From positions 8,867 to 72,866 of the IMG/VR virus record IMGVR_UViG_2209111000_000009: a stretch of 64,000 nucleotides of DNA. One strand, given 5' to 3'. Of the stretch, positions 56,382 to 63,605 are shown piece by piece (positions within the stretch are counted from its first letter, which is position 1; each line of letters starts with the position of its first letter). The notes beneath the pieces were generated by a model. The model had not been told where the DNA came from. It searched no databases and saw nothing but the letters and a program-made list of their open reading frames with translations. Both the position numbers and the translations under genes were made by a program. This DNA comes from a virus.

Positions 56382-56570
56382 CTAAATAAATTCAATTTCC
56401 TTTGATTGTACACCGTACCATGAAGCCAGAGTAATTATATTCGCCAGTGTTGCTTGATATCTAATAGGGCCTACAAAGCCGCTAGACCTATCAGAATCAT
56501 TAACGGCGGCAACCACCCAGCAAGGCGGGGAAGCCCCGCTGTCCCAAGCTACTCGGAACCTAATAGCCAT
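56382..56570 (-). CDS. hypothetical protein (62 aa)
   Basis: GGAGG RBS. Confidence 0.55.
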   Translation of the reverse strand: MAIRFRVAWDSGASPPCWVVAAVNDSDRSSGFVGPIRYQATLANIITLASWYGVQSKEIEFI

Positions 56571-56863
56571 GCTGCCTCCTTAATTTGCTCGGGTTGTGCG
56601 TGTCTCACCTTGAAGACCTCTAGGTCTTCCGAAGTAACATTAGACCACAATGCCGAAAACAGAAACGGGTTAACCCTTGTCATTGGTATGTCAAATTTAA
56701 AACCTAGCACCTGTTTTGTGTCTGGACAACTATCAATTAAAGACACGGTACCGTCATCATACAGGCTGACCATTCGGCGTACACCAAAATGCTCGGGGAA
56801 GTCAAACCACTTGTGCGCTATCGGTAACGGTGGTGACTCGTTGCTATCAAATTCTGTTGTCAT
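56549..56863 (-). CDS. hypothetical protein (104 aa)
   Basis: ATGA overlap. Confidence 0.55.
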   Translation of the reverse strand: MTTEFDSNESPPLPIAHKWFDFPEHFGVRRMVSLYDDGTVSLIDSCPDTKQVLGFKFDIPMTRVNPFLFSALWSNVTSEDLEVFKVRHAQPEQIKEAAWLLGSE

Positions 56864-57180
56864 ATTACCACTATTGCGTTAAGGACTTGAGTAGAAATGC
56901 GATCACTTGGGCTGAAGTGTCCTTTTTCCAAAATACGAACAAATTCTCGGTTGTATTGATTCACAAAGTTGTCAAACCCTAGGTAAGCTGCCTCGTGACT
57001 GGGGTAGTAAGCAGCGGGGACAGAATAGTCTCCCTCTGAATCAAACAACTCTAGGCTAAAATAATCCCCTCTATGGGATAATAAAAAGTATCTCGGTCTG
57101 CCTGCTACATTACAAGCTAACTTTTCAAGTTTCCTTACGGCTCCCGAGTCAATTAGCGCATTAAACTGTTCACGATTCAT
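56860..57180 (-). CDS. hypothetical protein (106 aa)
   Basis: GGAGG RBS before MNREQF. Confidence 0.55.
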   Translation of the reverse strand: MNREQFNALIDSGAVRKLEKLACNVAGRPRYFLLSHRGDYFSLELFDSEGDYSVPAAYYPSHEAAYLGFDNFVNQYNREFVRILEKGHFSPSDRISTQVLNAIVVI

Positions 57181-57361
57181 TAGTGCTGTCCTCCGCTGGG
57201 TTGTCAATCACGATAGATGTCCGGGGTTCGTAGTCAACCCTTTCAAGGTAGTCTTGCAGTTGTGCTACTTGCTCAGGCGTTAGGTGAAACTCAAAGAAGG
57301 CACTACCGTCAGAATTTAGCTGCATTTCAAAATTATCACGGTCAACAGGTATTTTGTGCAT
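57170..57361 (-). CDS. hypothetical protein (63 aa)
   Basis: TAATG coupling; shares LT.EQ.A.L..YLE with 57584..57847. Confidence 0.55.
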   Translation of the reverse strand: MHKIPVDRDNFEMQLNSDGSAFFEFHLTPEQVAQLQDYLERVDYEPRTSIVIDNPAEDSTNES

Positions 57362-57603
57362 TACTTGCCCCACAAGTTGTTAAAGGTTTGCTCAAAAAGT
57401 TTTACGGCGCTATCCCACTTTACAACCTCACATAGTATAGTTTCTGAACCAAGAGGGTCAAAAATTACGATGTGTCCAACATCCGAAAAAAATGTGGCTT
57501 TGTATAAAACGAGATAGCTACTTTCATCTAGCTTTCTCATGCACTCAATATTACCACATTTGAGAGAGTAAACCAGTTGCTCATTAGTTTGAAGCATTAA
57601 CAC
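57361..57603 (-). CDS. hypothetical protein (80 aa)
   Basis: GGAGGT RBS. Confidence 0.55.
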   Translation of the reverse strand: MLMLQTNEQLVYSLKCGNIECMRKLDESSYLVLYKATFFSDVGHIVIFDPLGSETILCEVVKWDSAVKLFEQTFNNLWGK

Positions 57604-57847
57604 TGACCTCCGGCTTGCCCGTCAAAATGTACGATATGGCGGCGGGGCTAACCCCCTCAAGATGCTCTCGCAGTTTAGCAGCTTGTTCAGCAGTTAAGGT
57701 TACATCTGCCACTTGGTAACCGTTAACTTCATAGTACACCCCGATTTGATCAGGTAAAATCTCAATTATGGTGCCTTTACCTGAATAACTAGGGAATTCT
57801 ACGTCATTGTCTTTCGGTTTAATCCAATCTTGATTAATTTCTTTCAC
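57584..57847 (-). CDS. hypothetical protein (87 aa)
   Basis: GTG start at 57847 after GGAGG. Confidence 0.5.
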   Translation of the reverse strand: MKEINQDWIKPKDNDVEFPSYSGKGTIIEILPDQIGVYYEVNGYQVADVTLTAEQAAKLREHLEGVSPAAISYILTGKPEVSVNASN

Positions 57848-58442
57848 TAACTGCTGCCTCCTTAACCGCGTGATGTACCGCCTTCTGTGCCATATCGCGC
57901 AAGCTTCCGTCAAATCCCCTGAATGTATCTATTGCCCTAGCTTTTATTGCTGCCCGGAATTCTAAAGGGATAGCAGGGTGGTAGCTCTCGACAAGTAGAC
58001 TGATGTAGTCACCCGCAAGGACGCTAGCTTTGTGCTTAGGGGGTACATATTTAATATCTTTTGCATCCACAGGGTCATAAGTCAAATGAACTTTGTGTGT
58101 AGGGGCGAAATTTTTGGCTTGCTCTCCTAACGCACGGATAGACTGGTTAAGGCAGTCAAACGGGTTTACAGGCTTTGATACATCTTGGCACTGTATTGGT
58201 GTGCCTATCGCCCCTAGCCCGTTTAACACGTCCTTAAGCGGTTCCACCTTAATCAGCTTGTAGGTGCAAGCTTTGTCACCCTCAACCCTCGTAAAGCAGT
58301 TAGTATTGTGAGTAGTTGGCACCGTGCGGTATACCGTTGAAAGGCTAACCCCTAGTATTTCTGATATGTGCTTGCGGGACACGCCTTCGCGGTGCAGGCG
58401 TTTAACATTTTCAATTGTTTCTCGGTCTAGTTTGCTGCTCAT
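57834..58442 (-). CDS. HTH DNA-binding protein with shared C-terminal motif
   Basis: VKRLHREGVSRKHISEILGVSLSTVYR (HTH). Confidence 0.7.
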   Translation of the reverse strand: MSSKLDRETIENVKRLHREGVSRKHISEILGVSLSTVYRTVPTTHNTNCFTRVEGDKACTYKLIKVEPLKDVLNGLGAIGTPIQCQDVSKPVNPFDCLNQSIRALGEQAKNFAPTHKVHLTYDPVDAKDIKYVPPKHKASVLAGDYISLLVESYHPAIPLEFRAAIKARAIDTFRGFDGSLRDMAQKAVHHAVKEAAVSERN

Positions 58443-58526
58443 GGTTTTCTAAGGTATTTAGTCAATTGTAGCACTTTTGTGTCAAAACGTCAGTAGATGT
58501 GAATAATTACCGACGTTTTGACACAT

Positions 58527-58982
58527 TTAGCCCGCGTTAAAGCTTGACATCACTACTGTGCCGGGTTGCAAGTGGTCATAAGCAATGCCTATTTCTTCAA
58601 CAGCTATAAGATGCGCTTGCTCTTTTGATACCCAAGAGCGGTCATACCTCCATCTCTCCCCAGTACCATAACGGGGGTGTATTAGGCGGGCTTCTTCTTC
58701 AGAGAGCGCCACGACTATGCAAGAGTCAAAGGTGTCATAACCTTTGTACTCGCCTTGACTGAGTTTGTAAAACTTTGCTTTTGCTTGTCGGGGTAAGGGT
58801 AGACCCTCTGTAGGTTCAATGTGATAGATACCTGGTTTACCGTCAATAGCTTCCCAAGCTTCTTCAACAGTATCAAACTCATAACGCTGGTTAATGTCCT
58901 CTGTATATAACCACCAACCTAAGTCTGTTTCAGACAACCATTCAACACGTTCTGGGATAATTTGCTTGATTACAAAACTCAT
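58527..58982 (-). CDS. hypothetical protein with one W.L.T.D...YEF repeat-family unit
   Basis: GWWLYTEDINQRYEFDTVEEA; GGAG RBS after an A13 run. Confidence 0.6.
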   Translation of the reverse strand: MSFVIKQIIPERVEWLSETDLGWWLYTEDINQRYEFDTVEEAWEAIDGKPGIYHIEPTEGLPLPRQAKAKFYKLSQGEYKGYDTFDSCIVVALSEEEARLIHPRYGTGERWRYDRSWVSKEQAHLIAVEEIGIAYDHLQPGTVVMSSFNAG

Positions 58983-59014
58983 AGCTCTCCTTTTTTTTTT
59001 TTTACTTTCGTACC

Positions 59015-59416
59015 TTAAGGCCAGGTTAAGCAGTCTGGGTGTGGCAACCTTTCGCCGTTGCTGTCGCGGGGGCAGTGCATATCAATGACAAAGAAGTGCT
59101 TAGTCGCTTCGCCCCAGTACAGCTTGCCAATTTTGCCACCTTTAGTGAGCCGCCAAGACACATCACCGCTTTTAGCAGTCTTAGGCAAGTTAAGAGTGTA
59201 GCCTAGGGGTAGAAGCCAAGCTACAATCGCCCTAAACTCTTCCCACCGTTGGTCATTGCCCCAGCTATCATCAGGTAGTAAGCCGTAACAGTCCTCGATA
59301 GTGACTTGCACCGCTCTTTTGTACTCCTCAAGCATATCAATCAGTTGATTGACTTCTTTAACTGGCGCACCCTTGGCAAGGTAGGTGTCCACAATGTCTA
59401 AAATGTGTCTGGTCAT
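59015..59416 (-). CDS. hypothetical protein (133 aa)
   Basis: GGAG RBS. Confidence 0.6.
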   Translation of the reverse strand: MTRHILDIVDTYLAKGAPVKEVNQLIDMLEEYKRAVQVTIEDCYGLLPDDSWGNDQRWEEFRAIVAWLLPLGYTLNLPKTAKSGDVSWRLTKGGKIGKLYWGEATKHFFVIDMHCPRDSNGERLPHPDCLTWP

Positions 59417-59447
59417 TTATAGCGCTCCTTAAATTGTTGTGGCTTTT

Positions 59448-59828
59448 TTATCCCCTATGAGAGAGCATTAGGTCAATGCCTCTTGCTAACTGAAATTTAC
59501 TCAAAGACAAAAGGGTTTGATTAGCTATCAATAAACCCCTGTACCCTATAAACACAGCCCGACAACAAAGGTATTCAGGGTCTTGTACAGAGACAAATTG
59601 AGGCTCACTAGAGAGGCATTCACTATCTTTTAGATAGCCTACTATCTCGGGTTTTTTGTTGTCAAAATAGCGATGTACTTCGACTAAAGTCCTAAACCGG
59701 GAATCCCAGAAAGGTTGTTGAGCAAGTTTTTTATACTGCTTCCCTTGCACCACATACTCAAAACCTCCTACCCTAATGTGACGAAACTCACAACCGTCTA
59801 GCATTAATCTATTTGACGTGTTTTTCAT
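59448..59828 (-). CDS. hypothetical protein (126 aa)
   Basis: Start immediately after the upstream stop. Confidence 0.55.
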   Translation of the reverse strand: MKNTSNRLMLDGCEFRHIRVGGFEYVVQGKQYKKLAQQPFWDSRFRTLVEVHRYFDNKKPEIVGYLKDSECLSSEPQFVSVQDPEYLCCRAVFIGYRGLLIANQTLLSLSKFQLARGIDLMLSHRG

Positions 59829-60140
59829 TTAAAACCCTAATTTGAGTGATAGTGCGATCGCACCTCCGACAGCCCGAATATTTAAAGGTTTAACGGGGCG
59901 AGCTTGCCAGTAGGATAAAGTAGCCTTAACGTCTGTCGCAGCCTTGCTCACGGCGCGTTTAACAACCGTTGCAACGACTTTAAGCAAGCGAGCTACCTCG
60001 TCGGCTATTGCCCGTGCTGAGGAGTTGAGCTTAACCAGAACTTCAATACCTTGTGAGCGCAGTAACTTGAGTGTAGCGATTTGAGACTTACGATCGGCGG
60101 TGCGGGCGGTGTTAAGAAAGGCGATTTGCTGAGTGTTCAT
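59829..60140 (-). CDS. hypothetical basic, Ala-rich protein (103 aa)
   Basis: First gene after 45-bp element copy 5. Confidence 0.6.
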   Translation of the reverse strand: MNTQQIAFLNTARTADRKSQIATLKLLRSQGIEVLVKLNSSARAIADEVARLLKVVATVVKRAVSKAATDVKATLSYWQARPVKPLNIRAVGGAIALSLKLGF

Positions 60141-60168
60141 AAGTTTAAGGTGTGTTTGACTTGTATGT

Positions 60169-60213
60169 GCCTACTATAGCACCTTTGCTAAGGGTGCCTA
60201 GTAGAGAGAACCG
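60169..60213 (-). promoter_or_regulatory. 45-bp repeated element, copy 5
   Basis: CTACTAGGCACCCTT....AAGGTGCTATAGTAGG conserved; 7 mismatches to copy 1. Confidence 0.75.
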
Positions 60214-60245
60214 CTCAAAGTAGGTAGTATTAACCGTACTTAGAT

Positions 60246-60560
60246 TTACTTGATAATGTCTGGGTAGTCCTTGACCAATCCCGCAACAATATCAACTATT
60301 GAACCTGTATAAGTTCGGCAAGCACCCGAAGACTCTAACGCTACCATGCCCGAGAAGAACTCTAAGATTGTCTCATAGTGCATTAGGTCTTGTGCCGTCT
60401 TCTTGTGTAACCCCTCTAGGGGGGTGTGATTGGTGCAGTAGTGCGAAAACTTACCAGCAAATACCCGAAATAGTAAAAGCTTGCTGGTGTCAATGGTAAA
60501 GCTGTACGCTATCGAACCATCTTTAAACTTGTCTGTAACAGTCTCAATGTAATTAGTCAT
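60246..60560 (-). CDS. hypothetical protein (104 aa)
   Basis: TAATG coupling; GGAGG RBS. Confidence 0.6.
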   Translation of the reverse strand: MTNYIETVTDKFKDGSIAYSFTIDTSKLLLFRVFAGKFSHYCTNHTPLEGLHKKTAQDLMHYETILEFFSGMVALESSGACRTYTGSIVDIVAGLVKDYPDIIK

Positions 60561-60844
60561 TAGTGGTAAATGCCTCCAACTTTACGGTTAGCTAGCACCT
60601 GTGCCTTGTAGGTTTCCAGCACCCATAGTTGGCGAGCGGCGTCCTCACGGGCGCATCGCCGCCCTATCTCAATGTCAAACTTGGAAGGGTCGGCGGCATT
60701 AGCAACCCCCGTGACTACGAATCCTGTCGCAGGTAAGCGGTAGCTCACAACAGTCACCTTGCCAAATAGAACGGCTTCCTCTGTCTCTGCGCTGTCTAAG
60801 AGGGCTTCAATGATAGCAGGTCTTACGGTTTGCATAATAGTCAA
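60560..60844 (-). CDS. phage N4 Gp49 / Sf6 gp66-family protein
   Basis: TGFVVTGVANAADPSKFDIEIGRRCAREDAARQLWVLETY. Confidence 0.75.
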   Translation of the reverse strand: MTIMQTVRPAIIEALLDSAETEEAVLFGKVTVVSYRLPATGFVVTGVANAADPSKFDIEIGRRCAREDAARQLWVLETYKAQVLANRKVGGIYH

Positions 60845-60917
60845 TCTTTAGGTACTCTTTAACCATTATAACCCTGTGTGAGTTATAATAGACCTATGAG
60901 TTTAGCTTACTTTACTT

Positions 60918-61379
60918 ATGAAACCATTGGTAGTTATAGAACCCGAGTTGTGTGACTTGGGAGACTGGGACGGAATGGTACGGCAATCTATCATAAACCA
61001 CTACCCACTCATTGATACCCCAGACTTGTTTAAACGAGTTTTTTCTAAAGCTTGCGCTCTTTACCCTTTAATGGGTATTGACAAGATATCACCAGACAAA
61101 TCCGAGTTAGTCGTGGAGTGTGCGGTTATTGCGGTATGTCCTGAGAAGCGCGGTTTAAATTTTGGCAAAGTAGTGATCAGTCCTACTGCTTTAATTGCAG
61201 GGATAATTGCAGAGCGCTGGCCCTTGAACAGTCTAGATGTTGAAGCCGAGCTTAAAATAGCTACTCTGGCGTTAGGGTTTTACAATGCTTACGGAAGCTA
61301 CCCTGTTGAACGGGCGGTTAAGGCTGTCACCCACGCACATCAGCAATGGTTAGAGCAACACCTTAGTGAACACGAATAA
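60918..61379 (+). CDS. hypothetical protein with shared C-terminal motif
   Basis: LKIATLALGFYNAYGSYPVERAVKAVTHA. Confidence 0.6.
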   Translation: MKPLVVIEPELCDLGDWDGMVRQSIINHYPLIDTPDLFKRVFSKACALYPLMGIDKISPDKSELVVECAVIAVCPEKRGLNFGKVVISPTALIAGIIAERWPLNSLDVEAELKIATLALGFYNAYGSYPVERAVKAVTHAHQQWLEQHLSEHE

Positions 61380-61488
61380 ACCACCCACTCTTGGTACAGT
61401 CCTAAGCCTGTGATATAATTAGATTACGTTATTTGATAGACCAAGCCGTCTTTGCATGGGGCGGCTTTTCTTTGTGCTATAATAGCAG

Positions 61489-62187
61489 GTGTACACCTTA
61501 AACGGAATAATTATGGTTACTAACGACGACGTTGATCGTGCTTTGAAAGCTTATGAGCTAGGTGCGACGGCTAAAAGTTTTAGAGCTTCAACGGGGATAG
61601 ATATTCTGGCTTTTATTTTAGGTCACTCTAAACCCGACGCTGTCCGATCTTATGAGATGGGAGTTTCGGCTAAAAACATTAGACAAACATCAGGAATAGA
61701 TATCTTAGGTTTCATTCTTAGCCACGCAAAACCGGATACTGAGACAAAACAAGAGGGGGCAAAGGACACAAAGAACGTACAGCGGATGAGATGTCAAGTA
61801 CATCGGCTTTACGAGCTGGGGGCTGACGTTAGCTTTATTTCTGAGCTAACTAGCTTAAGCCCCGAGACTATCTTTTGCATGGTGCCAGAGTTAGCCCCGT
61901 GCCTTGTTAGCGTCGCTCAGCCGACTAAGCAAGCTATGGCATGGGTTGACGGTAAGCGTGTATCCTTTGACACGGAAATACCAGTTGAGGCTCCTACACC
62001 GTCCCTCAAAGAGCGCCTCATTGACCGGGTTCTTGAGGGGCCTACCGTCACAAGGTCGGATGAAAATTTGAAACCACTTATCAAGGTTCGTGCCTTGGAC
62101 ACTTACAACGGTTTTCAAGGCAACCCGACAGAGAAGGCTGTCCAAGCTATCAATCACGCATACACTGAATTATCAACAGGTAACTAA
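61489..62187 (+). CDS. protein with tandem HTH-like repeats and shared C-terminal motif
   Basis: YELGATAKSFRASTGIDILAFILGHSKPD / YEMGVSAKNIRQTSGIDILGFILSHAKPD; TGCTATAAT promoter upstream. Confidence 0.65.
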   Translation: MYTLNGIIMVTNDDVDRALKAYELGATAKSFRASTGIDILAFILGHSKPDAVRSYEMGVSAKNIRQTSGIDILGFILSHAKPDTETKQEGAKDTKNVQRMRCQVHRLYELGADVSFISELTSLSPETIFCMVPELAPCLVSVAQPTKQAMAWVDGKRVSFDTEIPVEAPTPSLKERLIDRVLEGPTVTRSDENLKPLIKVRALDTYNGFQGNPTEKAVQAINHAYTELSTGN

Positions 62188-62188
62188 C

Positions 62189-62455
62189 ATGGAACCAAGC
62201 GAATTTAACCGGAAACTAGAGGAGCTATTCTCCTACCACCCTCCTCAGAATGCCGAGGAGCGGGCAAAGCATGACTTAGTTAACAAAGCAACTGTCATTT
62301 ACGCAAAAAGCTTGGCTGAGGTTATTAAAAACCATGCTGAGTTAACTGTTGCGTTGAGAAAGCTGCAAGAAGTGCGAAATACTGCCAACTTTGCAGTATC
62401 TTGCGAGCGGGAAGGCATAAGTTACCGTGGGCTGTTTGACCAGCAGAAGCAATAG
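62189..62455 (+). CDS. Acb2/Tad1-hairpin-like small helical protein (88 aa)
   Basis: FSYHPP...KHDLVN...A..L......AELTVALRKLQEVRNTANFAV. Confidence 0.6.
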   Translation: MEPSEFNRKLEELFSYHPPQNAEERAKHDLVNKATVIYAKSLAEVIKNHAELTVALRKLQEVRNTANFAVSCEREGISYRGLFDQQKQ

Positions 62456-62532
62456 TCACAGGTTAACTGTCTAGACAGATAAACCCCCTAATTAAGTGCT
62501 ATACTTGGAAGATACTTAACGAAAAGACAGTC

Positions 62533-62751
62533 ATGGAAACCATTTATAACTGCGTCGGGTTAGCATTACTCGCTTCTGTATTAGCCACTGAAAGGGCGGT
62601 GCTTACCGCACTCCCTATAATGTTGCTTTGGAATGCTGTAGTACCTTCAGTGTTCGGATTGGGAGTTATTGACTTTACCCAGGCTTTAATGCTTAGCCTC
62701 TTAAGCTCATGCTTCTTTAAGTTCTCTAATTCCTATTCTAGCAAAGATTGA
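62533..62751 (+). CDS. small membrane protein (72 aa)
   Basis: Hydrophobic; WNAVVPSVFGLGVIDFTQAL; TGCTATACT promoter upstream. Confidence 0.6.
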   Translation: METIYNCVGLALLASVLATERAVLTALPIMLLWNAVVPSVFGLGVIDFTQALMLSLLSSCFFKFSNSYSSKD

Positions 62752-62773
62752 CTTTAACCCATGTAAATTTCTC

Positions 62774-62801
62774 AAAGCCCCTTGATAGGGGCTTTTGTTT
62801 T
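62774..62801. terminator. bidirectional intrinsic terminator
   Basis: AAAGCCCC-TTGATA-GGGGCTTT-TGTTTT between convergent genes. Confidence 0.75.
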
Positions 62802-62807
62802 GGCAAC

Positions 62808-63605
62808 CTAGGGCAGGTCTTTGGTGTACTTCCGTACTGTTTTAAGCCCGCATCCAACTTTTTTCGCCACGCTTGAACGGGCAAGACCTTTATTAACTAA
62901 ATCCCGTATGATATCCACTTCTTCAGGTTTCTTCTTGTTGTTGCGTCCCTTGCCTACACAAGTAAAAGTACCAATAGCTAGGCAGTTGTCAACAATTTCT
63001 TTTTGAGTAGCCCAAGCAAGGTTATCAACCCTGTTATTTGAGACATTACCGTCTAAATGTTGGACACTAGGCTTATTTTCAGGGTTTGGGATAAAGGTTA
63101 AAGCTATCAAACGTGACACCAAGTGGACTTTATACCAGGTGTCTTTACACAAGTTTAGAACCTTGTAACCTTTGGTACTCATCTGTTGTTTTAAAACTCT
63201 CTCTTTCCGTAGGTAGTTTTTTCCATTACCTGACGTCATACCATGTTCTCTCTTAACCCTGCCAAGGGTGGAGGCTGAATAAAGCCCTTCATAACCCGGT
63301 ATCGGTCGCCATTCCTCGACCACCTGTGCAACCAAGGGTTGGCAGTCTAGCTCAACGCCATGCCTCACCAGTTCAGTCTGGTAGATAGCCTCCCGCCTCA
63401 GCCAGAACTAGGCGGTATTACCCAGTATCTCAAGCTTGAGAGCCGTTTCCTTTGTGACCGACGCTTTGCCCACTAGCAGTAGCTTGACGCTTTCAAGGGT
63501 ATAACCCATGCGGTCGGCTAACTCGGCGGGGGTCATGCCAAGGTCATCTATTAAATCTGCGATCGTGTCACCGGGAGGGGAAATAAAGTCAGGTAATATC
63601 GTCAT
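62808..63605 (-). pseudogene. HigA-like HTH - NUMOD4 - HNH - HTH fusion interrupted by one in-frame TAG
   Basis: ISPPGDTI..GMTPAELADRMG..ETALKLE (HigA-like); TAG at 63408-63410; then in frame FWLRREAIYQ...EEWRPIPGYEGLY (NUMOD4) and SVQHLDGNVSNNRVDNLAW (HNH). Confidence 0.8.

Noticed and set aside
15931-63410. Alternative genetic code (TGA=Trp or TAG=Gln)
   Set aside because: Only three cases, of mixed stop type and with different expected residues. Many genes end normally in TGA or TAG (ATGA overlaps), and all the large genes are open under code 11.
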